NCBI GenBank assembly: GCA_964527765.1
Contig: CAZGQR010000008.1
Location: forward strand, 14,264-78,263
DNA from: an uncultured Planctomycetia bacterium
GTDB lineage: Bacteria > Omnitrophota > Gorgyraeia > Tantalellales > Tantalellaceae
Direction of reading: 5' to 3'
DNA: 64,000 nt
Shown: positions 48,625-58,008 of the stretch, in pieces
Numbering within the stretch: position 1 is the first letter of the stretch
How the letters are laid out: each line of letters opens with the position of its first letter
Translations under genes and position numbers: made by a program
The notes under the pieces: generated by a model
The model's input: the letters and a program-made list of their open reading frames with translations, nothing else
Database searches by the model: none
What the model was told of the DNA's origin: nothing

Positions 48625-49920
48625 CTATCGCATTCTGCGCTCCTTTATCGCTGCTTTTCCTGTCTCTATATCAACGAGTTTTATGACGATCGCCGTAAAG
48701 AACCAGAAGGGTTCCGCTATCCTTATGATGACAAAAGTATTAGACCCTATGGCATGGAATAACAGCCCGGCAAACCCGGCTATGTACCCCAGGGTCAACC
48801 CCTTGAACTCGGGCTTCTCCACCGTATAATACGTATGATACGCGGTTCTCCATATCCTCCACATGATCCATAAAAATAAAAATAGACCTATAAAACCGGT
48901 TTCCCCTAAAGCCAGAATATATTGACTGTCCAGAAACCCTATTCCGGTCACGCCGCCGCCAAAAAAAGGCTTTCTCGGAACCTTTGTCGTCAAAACACGA
49001 TGCCACGATTCCACCCTTGCCGCGGGCGAAGGGCCGAGAGCGACGGGACCCACTCGCTTAAGGGCCTGGGCCTCTTCCGGCTGGAAGGTTCCCAGCACCC
49101 TGTCTTTTAACACCTGTGGCCCAAAAGCGACCGCCAGGACAAATGCCAAAGCCAGGATCGAGATACCGGCTATGACTTTCCTGCTCTTTGAAATCGCCGT
49201 AAATGCGACCAGCGACGCAAACATGCCGAGATAAGAAGCCCGGGAGAGCGTGAACAAAAATGTCGGTATCAGGAAAAGGAATACCAGGATCAGAATGTGG
49301 CGTCTTTTACCGTAACAATAGATCAACCCTCCCAGTATCGATAATATGAAAAGAATATAACCCCCGAGGGTATTCGGCTCCCCTTCGCCCTCAAAGGGGG
49401 CGGATATCCGCTCGACCGCCCCGATATGGGTGTTGCCGTATATCCCCACCACGATGCTTGTCAGAAAAAGCACGGTCAGGAACATCTTCACCTGTTTTTC
49501 AGTGGTGGTCTGGTTGAGAACTATGAAAAACAGGACAAAATATTCAACAAGTTTCAAGACATAGAACGTGCCTTTTACGGGCGTAATGTCACCGGCGGCC
49601 ATTCCGCGTATGGTGGAGAAAGCCATAACAGCGATATAAAGGCCGATGGGAACATTCAGCGGACTTTGTCTTATCAGGGGAGCCTTTCTTACGGCCATCC
49701 TGGCCAGCCATGTGATCGAAACTATGATCAAAAGCAGGTCCTCGGCCCTGACAACAATGGCACGATCGGCTGCAGCTCCCGCTTCCAGCTCCGGAGAAAG
49801 CAGCATCGATAACAGAATAGCAATAAGCCCGATGTTCGTATTGATGAATGTCGCGATCGCAAAGATAATAGCGGCAATTATTATAACAGCTCTGGGGATA
49901 TCCGGCGTTCCGGCTATCAA
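48625..49920 (-). CDS. O-antigen ligase/polymerase-like (Wzy_C) membrane protein
   Basis: It is 431 aa with more than 10 TM segments. A large periplasmic loop includes an FTLSRASYLG-type motif. Confidence 0.65.
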   Translation of the reverse strand: MIAGTPDIPRAVIIIAAIIFAIATFINTNIGLIAILLSMLLSPELEAGAAADRAIVVRAEDLLLIIVSITWLARMAVRKAPLIRQSPLNVPIGLYIAVMAFSTIRGMAAGDITPVKGTFYVLKLVEYFVLFFIVLNQTTTEKQVKMFLTVLFLTSIVVGIYGNTHIGAVERISAPFEGEGEPNTLGGYILFILSILGGLIYCYGKRRHILILVFLFLIPTFLFTLSRASYLGMFASLVAFTAISKSRKVIAGISILALAFVLAVAFGPQVLKDRVLGTFQPEEAQALKRVGPVALGPSPAARVESWHRVLTTKVPRKPFFGGGVTGIGFLDSQYILALGETGFIGLFLFLWIMWRIWRTAYHTYYTVEKPEFKGLTLGYIAGFAGLLFHAIGSNTFVIIRIAEPFWFFTAIVIKLVDIETGKAAIKERRMR

Positions 49921-50037
49921 ACGAGCAGAAATAATGACCGCGAGGAAGGTAAAAAGGACTGTTATGTATATTTTATAATTCGGATTTTGGAAACTGAAAA
50001 AGCTGATGGTGCCCTCCCCCCGCTTCGCGGAAAGGCG

Positions 50038-51972
50038 TTATGTCTTTTTTTCTTCCTGTTCCCCGTAATATTTCTGGTAATAGTAATAAGATGGAGAACC
50101 GAACCTCATATCCGAAGCCCTCATGCTGTTCAGGACAACACCGATAGGCTTACCTTTAGCGTTTTCTATTTGCAGCTTGCATCTCCGAAGAGCAAGCCGT
50201 GAAGTGCGCCCCGCCTTATAGACTATGATAATACCGTCCATTTTGGATCCCAGTATGGTTGAATCGGGTACAGGCAGAACCGGCGCCGAATCAAATAAGA
50301 CGACCTGAAACCCGGCTTTTACTTCCTTGATGAATTCCGACATGCTCTCTGAGCCAAGCACCTCGGACGGATTAGCCGGCAGATGCCCGGCCGTTATAAT
50401 ATGCAGGTTCTCTATGCCCGGCGTTTTCATGAGCACGCTTGATTTGATGTTACCCATCATCATATCATTGATAGACTTGATTACATCGTCCAGCTTGAAA
50501 GTCCCGAGCACGATCTCTGTCAGCCCCATCTCTCTCCCTATGCCGAAAACCTCGTGCACGGCAGGCCTCCTAAGGTCTGCATCGACAAGCAGCACTTTAT
50601 ACCCCATCTGAGCCATGCTGAGAGCAGAGTTAACAGCGGTTATTGTCTTTCCTTCCTGGATACCTGCGCTTGTGAACATGAGACAATTACCCACTTTATT
50701 TAAGCCGGAAAATTTTATGTAAGTCTGGAGATTTTTATATGCCTCCGCCATGGAAGATTTGGGCTGATAAAGCACTACCAGGCGCCTCATTATCTCTGCG
50801 TATCTTTTCTCTTCTTCGGGCGGAAGCGGTTTTTTCCAATAGTCTGCCTGCTCCTTCTTGTCTATCTCGATCTGAGGAATAACGCCGAGTACCGGTACTT
50901 CGAGGTATTCCTCGACATCCTCGATCGTCCCGATGGAGGTATCCAGGCTCTCGACGACGAACGCCGCTACAAGCCCAAGAACAAGCCCAATAGCGGCTGC
51001 CAGAAGAACGTTAGAGCCTCTCTGCGCGTTAACCGGGGACTTTGGCACAACGGCAGGATTTACAATTTGTGTGTCTTTGGCTTTTGACGCTTCCATGATC
51101 AGGGCTTTTTCATACCGTTCTTTCAGGAGAGCATACAATTTCTTATTTATCTCAAGTTCGTTTTCAAGATCATCCACGTTGAGAGTCTCTACATCAAGTT
51201 CGCCTTCCTCGGGAGGAGATTGCTTCAAATGTTTCTTAATGTTCCTTATTTCGGCCAGCCTGTTGATGATCCCCGGATAATTGTCAGTATAACGTTCCCG
51301 AAGGTTGCTGAGTTCAAGCTCTAATTGTGCCAGTCGCACTCTCAAATCGACCTCGCCGGCGGGCATCTTACCGCCCGTCGAATCGACCCCCAGGCTTTTT
51401 AATTTTTTTCTTATGTCGGCAATCGTCTGCGACATTTTTCTAAGCTGCTTCTCCACGAATTCTTTAGTGGCTTTGGCGTCTTTTACCTGCTCATCCCAGC
51501 GTTTCTGCATGAAAACTTCAGCAACGACATCCACGATCTTTTTGGCCCTAAACGGATCAGTATCTATAACGCTTATCGTAACTAACTCGGTAGCAGTCTG
51601 CTCCTCGACCGAAATCTTGCCCCTCAAAGATGCGACAATTGCCTGGACCTTTTCACTATCCATGTCGGGTGTTATATATCCCAGCCGGAGCGCAACATCC
51701 TGCAGGATATTAAAACTGCGGATAAGCTCAAGTTGCGTGGAAAGATCTTCGCCCCCTCCTCCCCAGAATGTCACGCCGGTCCCGGTAACCTCGGCTACGG
51801 GTGTCCTTCGCGTATTTATATATATTGTCACGCTGGCCTTATAGATCGGCACAACTTTCTCAACGAATAAATATGAACTTGCAACGGAAACCAGAAAAAC
51901 GGATATTATGATCCATTTCCGTTTATAGATAATGCGCCAGTAATCCCACAGGTTTAATGCATATTCAGGCAT
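50038..51972 (-). CDS. wzc: Polysaccharide co-polymerase with C-terminal BY-kinase domain (Wzc-like)
   Basis: It has two TM segments flanking a coiled-coil periplasmic domain. The C-terminus has a Walker A (GKTITAVNSALSMAQ) and a DADLRRP region. Confidence 0.85.
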   Translation of the reverse strand: MPEYALNLWDYWRIIYKRKWIIISVFLVSVASSYLFVEKVVPIYKASVTIYINTRRTPVAEVTGTGVTFWGGGGEDLSTQLELIRSFNILQDVALRLGYITPDMDSEKVQAIVASLRGKISVEEQTATELVTISVIDTDPFRAKKIVDVVAEVFMQKRWDEQVKDAKATKEFVEKQLRKMSQTIADIRKKLKSLGVDSTGGKMPAGEVDLRVRLAQLELELSNLRERYTDNYPGIINRLAEIRNIKKHLKQSPPEEGELDVETLNVDDLENELEINKKLYALLKERYEKALIMEASKAKDTQIVNPAVVPKSPVNAQRGSNVLLAAAIGLVLGLVAAFVVESLDTSIGTIEDVEEYLEVPVLGVIPQIEIDKKEQADYWKKPLPPEEEKRYAEIMRRLVVLYQPKSSMAEAYKNLQTYIKFSGLNKVGNCLMFTSAGIQEGKTITAVNSALSMAQMGYKVLLVDADLRRPAVHEVFGIGREMGLTEIVLGTFKLDDVIKSINDMMMGNIKSSVLMKTPGIENLHIITAGHLPANPSEVLGSESMSEFIKEVKAGFQVVLFDSAPVLPVPDSTILGSKMDGIIIVYKAGRTSRLALRRCKLQIENAKGKPIGVVLNSMRASDMRFGSPSYYYYQKYYGEQEEKKT

Positions 51973-52003
51973 GGTTTATGATTCTCATAATATTATGATC
52001 TTT

Positions 52004-52786
52004 TTATTCCCAGAACCCGCGTTTCCTAAAGACATCTTTCCAGTCATATCCACCGTCCACGATATCCCTCTTAAGAGTGACGAGTCTTTCCGCAAAATAG
52101 AGCGACGGGAACACTTTGCCTAATGCGGCATTATAATTCGTTATTTCCGATTCGGGGACATAGACAATATCTCCTTCCATGAGATACACGTTCTGTGAAA
52201 TATCCCCTTGATGGATCAGCCGGGCAAGGTTGATCCTTACCATCTGGGGATCGTCGTATCCACCCCTTATTATGTATGTGCAGGAAGGAGTAGCATCATC
52301 CGTAAACCCGCCGGCCCTTGTGATCAGATCGATGATCCTGTCTTCTTTTTCCAGGCGGTATGTTCCCTGAGCGGGCACTTCCCCCAGGATGAAAACCTTT
52401 TTTTCGCCGAATTTTTTCACTCCGACAGCGATCCGGGGTTCCTTGACATAAAGTGCTATCTTATTGCTTATGGACTCCGCGAGCTCCTTGGGGGTCAATC
52501 CATCCGCTTTGACGTCTCCTACCAACGGCAATGTGATACTCCCGTCCTCCGGCCTTACGGTCACGATGCTGTCCAGCTCCGGACACCTCCATACAACCAC
52601 TTCCAGCTCGTCCCGAACACCTATGATATATTGTCCTCTGGCCGCTATTGAACTTTCGGGAGAATATAAAGAGTACTCCAGCTTTGACTGTGGCGCCGCA
52701 AAACGGCTACACCCCGCAGTACCTGCCAACAATACAGCTGTCAATGCAAGTAATAAAGATTTTTGTAATTTGTTATTTTTGAACAT
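52004..52786 (-). CDS. wza: Polysaccharide export lipoprotein (Wza / Poly_export + SLBB)
   Basis: It has a lipobox (LAGTAGC), a Poly_export motif (PEDGSITLPLVGDVKADGLT) and an SLBB domain. Confidence 0.8.
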   Translation of the reverse strand: MFKNNKLQKSLLLALTAVLLAGTAGCSRFAAPQSKLEYSLYSPESSIAARGQYIIGVRDELEVVVWRCPELDSIVTVRPEDGSITLPLVGDVKADGLTPKELAESISNKIALYVKEPRIAVGVKKFGEKKVFILGEVPAQGTYRLEKEDRIIDLITRAGGFTDDATPSCTYIIRGGYDDPQMVRINLARLIHQGDISQNVYLMEGDIVYVPESEITNYNAALGKVFPSLYFAERLVTLKRDIVDGGYDWKDVFRKRGFWE

Positions 52787-52829
52787 CTTCCGCTCCCGCA
52801 TTAAGTTGTAATGATCAAAAATAAAAAAC

Positions 52830-53882
52830 CTAAAGACCCTGCAGTTCTTCCGGATTAACGCACCGTTCCACGTATATCAAAAGTTGCTTTGACAGGTCCA
52901 GTGTACGGCTTTTTTCCAAACGCCTTTTTTCTCTGTCAAAAACAACATCAATAACGGGGCGCATGGGTGTTTTCTCGTTTATCCGCACTACATTGCCGAT
53001 CTCGCCGGAACTTACCTTGACCCATGACCCTGCCGGAAACATCGATATCTGGCGCAGCATGGCCTTCATGAAATGCGGATCATAGGTATTGGCTTCATTA
53101 TCAAGGATCTGTTGCATCGTCTCATCCGGCAGAAAACGCGGCCTCCATAACCGGCTGTGAGTCTGGGCCTCATATCTGTCAACAAGCGATATAAGGCGTG
53201 CCAGGTAATGAATATCGTCCCTTTTTAAATGCCCGGGGTATCCGGTCCCGTCCGACCTCTCGTGATGCTGGCCTATTACCACGGGGACCACTTCCCAAAG
53301 GTCGGTAAAGTTCTTGAATATCTGCTCCCCGTAAAGAGCATGTTTCTGGACTTCCCCATATTCGGCGCTGTTCAATCTGCCGTTCTTATTCCATATGTTT
53401 ATCGGCACCTTCATCATGCCCGTATCGTGGAACAGAGATGCCGCCAGCAACTCAGACAGCCTGTCCCTGGAAAAATTAAGCTTGCAGGCTATATGGAGCG
53501 ACAGAAAACACACGTTGACGGAATGAGTATAAAGGTAATTGTCCTTGTACTCATCTTTCTGAAAAACGAGACGCGCAAGATCATTGGAATCTATAAACTT
53601 GAGAAAATGATCACAGGACGCTTCCGTCCATTTGCGTATGTCTTTGCCGTGGATCTGGGCCTCCTTGCCCTCGGCGACCTTATTCAGGATAGCCGTAACG
53701 AACTCCAGAGCGTTCCCGTAAAAATCCTCAGCCCTGTCCAGATCCGATTTCGATTCCAATTGCTTGGCTTCATCAGCGGTCTTGTCAGCCTGCTTTGATA
53801 AAGACAGATCCGGGGGTTTTTCTTCCCGCCTGCGGGGACCCAGCTTCCCATAACCTTCCAGCCCGTCACTTAATTCCACCAT
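52830..53882 (-). CDS. HD-GYP domain protein (putative c-di-GMP phosphodiesterase)
   Basis: It contains HSVNV and LFHDTGM, and HHERSDGTGYPG (the HD-GYP signature). Confidence 0.8.
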   Translation of the reverse strand: MVELSDGLEGYGKLGPRRREEKPPDLSLSKQADKTADEAKQLESKSDLDRAEDFYGNALEFVTAILNKVAEGKEAQIHGKDIRKWTEASCDHFLKFIDSNDLARLVFQKDEYKDNYLYTHSVNVCFLSLHIACKLNFSRDRLSELLAASLFHDTGMMKVPINIWNKNGRLNSAEYGEVQKHALYGEQIFKNFTDLWEVVPVVIGQHHERSDGTGYPGHLKRDDIHYLARLISLVDRYEAQTHSRLWRPRFLPDETMQQILDNEANTYDPHFMKAMLRQISMFPAGSWVKVSSGEIGNVVRINEKTPMRPVIDVVFDREKRRLEKSRTLDLSKQLLIYVERCVNPEELQGL

Positions 53883-53883
53883 G

Positions 53884-54696
53884 TTATATCTCTTCCCCTA
53901 AATCTTTGATAACGTCACGGACTATGTTCTCATCGATCCGATCGGCTCTCTTTATAAACCCCACAAGAAAAGACATATCACAAATATTATTTATCTGCCT
54001 CGGCATTCCGCGGGACGCCTGATATATCATGGTATTTGCCTCCGGGGCAAAGATCTCCCGCTCCGTGCCCGCGATCCTCAGCCTGTGCCGGATATATTTG
54101 GCGGTCTCTTCCCTGTCCAGATGTTTCAGTACATAAAATATCGCGAATCTTTGCTTGAATTGCGGCACAGTGTTTATTATGTCCCGCATCTCAAGCTGCC
54201 CCATCAGGATCAATGTTGCCAGGAACCGGTTCTTGAACTGAAGGTTCATCAAGAGCCTCAATTCTTCCAGAACATCATTACGCGACAAAAGATGCGCTTC
54301 GTCGACGATAACAACAGTATGACGGTTTTCGAACATGACCCTTCGAAAGTTCTCCTCGATGAAATGGCGTAATTCCAGCCGGGAATGTTCCTTCTCTTTT
54401 AGCCCCAGTTGATAAGCTATCTCCTGCAATAACTCGCCCGGATCCAGTAAAGGGTTACTTATGTAAATACTCTGGTAATCTTCGCTCTCTCTGATCTCCA
54501 GCATCAGCTCGTTGGCGATCGTCGTCTTTCCGGTTCCGTAATCACCGGCCAGTAAAGCCCCCGCCTTGTTCTCGCTTATAACATAAGTGAGCCGCACCAG
54601 CGCCTCTTTGTGGCTCGGTGAATAATAAAAAAACCTCGGGTCCCCGGTATTTTCGAACGGTTTCTCGTCCAGATTCCAGTAATCTAAAAAATCCAT
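53884..54696 (-). CDS. ExeA-like AAA ATPase (secretion ATPase type found in EPS/PEP-CTERM loci)
   Basis: It has Walker A GDYGTGKTT and Walker B VVIVDEAHLL. It is 270 aa. Confidence 0.7.
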   Translation of the reverse strand: MDFLDYWNLDEKPFENTGDPRFFYYSPSHKEALVRLTYVISENKAGALLAGDYGTGKTTIANELMLEIRESEDYQSIYISNPLLDPGELLQEIAYQLGLKEKEHSRLELRHFIEENFRRVMFENRHTVVIVDEAHLLSRNDVLEELRLLMNLQFKNRFLATLILMGQLEMRDIINTVPQFKQRFAIFYVLKHLDREETAKYIRHRLRIAGTEREIFAPEANTMIYQASRGMPRQINNICDMSFLVGFIKRADRIDENIVRDVIKDLGEEI

Positions 54697-54733
54697 GATA
54701 TCAGCGAGTCCTTTTCCGAAGATGAATTGTTTT

Positions 54734-55789
54734 CTATTCTTTCAGCCGGTTTTTGAAAAAATGGTTCTTTTCAAGATACCCCCGGCCCGCGATCATAAGC
54801 ACTGCCACTATAACAAGAATAAGACCGCCCTGGAACAGCAGTAATACGGCTTGGAATGTTGTCGCTTTTTTTAATACAAGCGCCCCCAGGGCAAAAACCA
54901 TGCTGACCAGATAGATAAACAGCACTGTCTGGACCTGACTCAATCCCATTCCCATCAGGCGGTGATGCAGGTGATCCCTATCGACATACTCTATCCATTC
55001 CTTGAAAGTTTTTACCTTTCCCCGGGCAATACGCGAAACGGAAATGTAAGTTATATCAAAGATCAGGACGGCAAGGATCAATAGAGGGATGCTGAGCGCC
55101 ACGATGGGCCTGTTCTCGGCCCATTCTCCCATTACCGCCAGAACTGCCAGGCTGAAACCGAGAAAACTGCTCCCGGCGTCACCCAGGAAGATCTTAGCCG
55201 GGTAAAAATTGAACACCAGAAACCCCAGGCACGCGCCTGCCAGAGCGACATTCAAGAACACAAAATACGGCTGTCCCGTCTGATACGCAATAGCAGCGAA
55301 CGTCCCCGATGCGATGAAGGCAAATCCGGCCGCCAGGCCGTCAATACCGTCCATGAAATTCATGGCATTGGTGATCCCCACTATCCAGATAACAGTTATT
55401 ATTACTTCGAGAAAATAGGCAAAAGGGAGTCTATCGGAAATAATGTTAAGATGCATGCCGAACGATATAACCAACAGCGAACAAAGTACCTGTATGACCA
55501 ATCTGGCGCCCGCCGAAAGTTTTTTTACATCATCGATCAGTCCGGAGATCATGATAAAGAACGAAGCTATTATTATCCCTTTGAGCTTCCAGGAAAAATG
55601 AAAATTCAGCAAAAGTGCGATAATATACGCGCTAAAAACCGCCACCCCGCCCAGAAGCGGTACGGGTCTAATGTGCATTTTTCTCTCTGTATCGGGATAA
55701 TCCAGAACGCGGAATTTGTTAGCTATTTTAATGGCTAACCAGGTAAAAACAAGGGACCCAGCAAAAGCAGAAACAAAGATTTTAAGCAT
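54734..55789 (-). CDS. Polyprenyl-phosphate N-acetylhexosamine-1-phosphate transferase (WecA/MraY family; initiating enzyme)
   Basis: It has 10-11 TM segments and contains LIDDVKKL, NAMNFMDGIDGLAAG and a DDxxD-like loop. Confidence 0.85.
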   Translation of the reverse strand: MLKIFVSAFAGSLVFTWLAIKIANKFRVLDYPDTERKMHIRPVPLLGGVAVFSAYIIALLLNFHFSWKLKGIIIASFFIMISGLIDDVKKLSAGARLVIQVLCSLLVISFGMHLNIISDRLPFAYFLEVIITVIWIVGITNAMNFMDGIDGLAAGFAFIASGTFAAIAYQTGQPYFVFLNVALAGACLGFLVFNFYPAKIFLGDAGSSFLGFSLAVLAVMGEWAENRPIVALSIPLLILAVLIFDITYISVSRIARGKVKTFKEWIEYVDRDHLHHRLMGMGLSQVQTVLFIYLVSMVFALGALVLKKATTFQAVLLLFQGGLILVIVAVLMIAGRGYLEKNHFFKNRLKE

Positions 55790-55953
55790 GCATGTCCTTT
55801 TCTTCGACTATTCCCTCGAAATAGTCTCCGTCACAGCCTTTATTGCTACGGCTTTATATATTATTGTGCCATAAATTATTGTGTTTTTCTTCACTCTTAA
55901 GTATAAGTATTATGGGAAAAAAAACAAGTTTCCGGTTATTTTTTCTTCCGGAT

Positions 55954-56400
55954 CTATTGATCATTTATACTTTCTTGTTTTTTAACAGGTCCGGATACCC
56001 CCCAGATAATACTTTTTGGCACCTCTATCGGTGCCTCCTCCGTTGGTGTTTCCTCTGCCGGCAGCTCATAAAATATATGATCTTTTATCTCCTTCGTCTT
56101 TACCCCGGCCCCTTTTCCCGTTTCGGGGAGTTTAAATTTGGGAAATACCAGAAACTTGTCCCCTACCATGGGCCCGTATTTGGTATTTTCATAAGGTTCA
56201 CGATATTCTGCGGGAAGAAGAACCTCATACTCTCCATGTCCCTTGGGCATGACTTCGTACCCCCCTCCCAGGTCAATGCCCAGATCTCCGTCCGGGTATT
56301 CCACTATTCCATTACCCCTTTCCCTTGCAAGACCAGGACAGGATATTAAGAACATTGACGCGAATAGCACGAGAAATATGCTCCCTCGCCTTATATCCAT
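55954..56400 (-). CDS. Hypothetical lipoprotein
   Basis: It has a signal peptide with an LISC lipobox. It is acidic with a Pro/Glu-rich segment. Confidence 0.5.
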   Translation of the reverse strand: MDIRRGSIFLVLFASMFLISCPGLARERGNGIVEYPDGDLGIDLGGGYEVMPKGHGEYEVLLPAEYREPYENTKYGPMVGDKFLVFPKFKLPETGKGAGVKTKEIKDHIFYELPAEETPTEEAPIEVPKSIIWGVSGPVKKQESINDQ

Positions 56401-56459
56401 GTGTTACCCCTTTGTTTGCGCTCCTTTTGAAATGTCCCCGGGCCGGAACATCTATTGTC

Positions 56460-56918
56460 TTATAACCTGCCCTGCTTCACTTCACCGTATTCCAGATAGA
56501 ACTTGCCGTTGGACGCGCGGCAGTATTCATAAAAATCATTGCCGAAGATGATAATTTCGGATGCGCCCAAACCCGCTTCGCGCACGGCCGTAATTATCTT
56601 CTGCCCTTTCTTATTTTTAGAAACAAGTAAAGCGGATATTCCCTCGCTGACAAGGGTATTGGTTATTTCATACAGCGCGCCTTCTTCTACCCTGCCTTCC
56701 CGGTTACTCTCAATAACTTTCTCCAATTTAACGGTTCCTTCTGCCTCGTCGATAACATATGTCGCTTCAAGGCCGTCTTCGCCCGGCGTAAACTTTCCAT
56801 CCTCGTATACTCCGCTGGAAACCGGTTTAGCTGTGACCGTCAACGCAAAAACGTCTGTACCGGCAAAACCGGTCATAATCATCAGTGTTAAAATAAAAAT
56901 TATCCTTTTCATTATCAC
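56460..56918 (-). CDS. Hypothetical secreted protein
   Basis: It has an N-terminal signal peptide. No recognisable domain. Confidence 0.45.
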   Translation of the reverse strand: MIMKRIIFILTLMIMTGFAGTDVFALTVTAKPVSSGVYEDGKFTPGEDGLEATYVIDEAEGTVKLEKVIESNREGRVEEGALYEITNTLVSEGISALLVSKNKKGQKIITAVREAGLGASEIIIFGNDFYEYCRASNGKFYLEYGEVKQGRL

Positions 56919-56934
56919 ACCCCTTTGCCGTTGT

Positions 56935-57975
56935 TTAAATTATCAGCATTGCGTCCCCGTACGAAAAAAATCTAAAACCCGACCTCATCGCTTTCCTGTA
57001 GGCCTTGAAAATAAGATCCCTGCCGGCAAAAGCACACACCAGCATGAGAAGCGTTGATCCCGGCAGATGAAAATTAGTGATAACAGCATCTGTCATTTTG
57101 AACTCATACCCGGGGTAAATAAAAAGATCTGTTTCCCCTGCTAGCGGCAAAACCCTGCCCGTCTTCCCGGCAGCTGTTTCTATCGCCCGCGTCGAAGTTG
57201 TCCCCACGGCAAATACCTTGCCGCCTGAAGCTTTCGTATCGTTAATCACATGCGCGGCCTCCTCGCTTATCTCGTAATGTTCCGCATGTATAACATGTTC
57301 TTCGATATTTTCGGCCGTAACGGGCGCAAAGGTCCCGTAACTGGTATGTAAAGTGATATAAGCGGTTTTTATGCCTTTTTCGTCAAGTTTCTCCAGCAAC
57401 TCGCCCGTAAAGTGCAGTCCCGCCGTAGGAGAAGCTGTCGCACCGTCCTTGCGCGCAAACACTGTCTGGTAATCATCCTTATCTTCCGGACGTTCTTCAC
57501 GTGATACGTAAGGCGGCAAGGGCACGTGTCCTCCTCTTAAAACTTCTTCGAGAGACGCGTCAAACTGCACGAAACGCCCGGCATCTGCCGGGCCGAGAAT
57601 AGTAGCGCGCACGCCGCTTTCAAGCTCGATCTCCTCTCCTTCCCTGACACGTTTTGAGGGCCGGATAAGCGCCCGGCATGCAGGGAAACTTTTTTCCGGC
57701 ATGGCAGGCATCTTTGGATCGAGATCAAGAAGAAATATCTCGACTTTTCCGCCTGTCTTTCTCCTGCCGTAAAGCCGGGCGGGAATCACACGCGTGTCAT
57801 TCAGGACCAGACAATCTCCCTTCTTTACATAATCGGTTATGTCACTAAAAACTTTTTCCGTAATGGTCCTTTCAGTCCGGTCAAGAACCATCAAACGCGC
57901 CGCATCTCTCTTCTCCAGAGGTTCCTGGGCTATCAGTTCCCTGGACAGATCGTAATAAAATTCACTGAGCTTCAT
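56935..57975 (-). CDS. queA: S-adenosylmethionine:tRNA ribosyltransferase-isomerase
   Basis: It begins MKLSEFYYDLSRELIAQEP and contains VLNDTRVIPARL. It is 346 aa. Confidence 0.9.
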   Translation of the reverse strand: MKLSEFYYDLSRELIAQEPLEKRDAARLMVLDRTERTITEKVFSDITDYVKKGDCLVLNDTRVIPARLYGRRKTGGKVEIFLLDLDPKMPAMPEKSFPACRALIRPSKRVREGEEIELESGVRATILGPADAGRFVQFDASLEEVLRGGHVPLPPYVSREERPEDKDDYQTVFARKDGATASPTAGLHFTGELLEKLDEKGIKTAYITLHTSYGTFAPVTAENIEEHVIHAEHYEISEEAAHVINDTKASGGKVFAVGTTSTRAIETAAGKTGRVLPLAGETDLFIYPGYEFKMTDAVITNFHLPGSTLLMLVCAFAGRDLIFKAYRKAMRSGFRFFSYGDAMLII

Positions 57976-58008
57976 AATGACTTCTGCACAAACATTTTCT
58001 CTGAGCTT

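Noticed and set aside
53884-54696. Calling the locus a PEP-CTERM/exosortase system outright
   Set aside because: No exosortase (xrtA) and no PEP-CTERM-tailed protein is present in the window. Only the ExeA-like ATPase + Wzc + Wza arrangement is suggestive.
55843-56349. 168-aa plus-strand ORF rich in Leu/Phe
   Set aside because: It overlaps a minus-strand lipoprotein gene that has a convincing signal peptide and lipobox. It has no Shine-Dalgarno sequence and is probably spurious.
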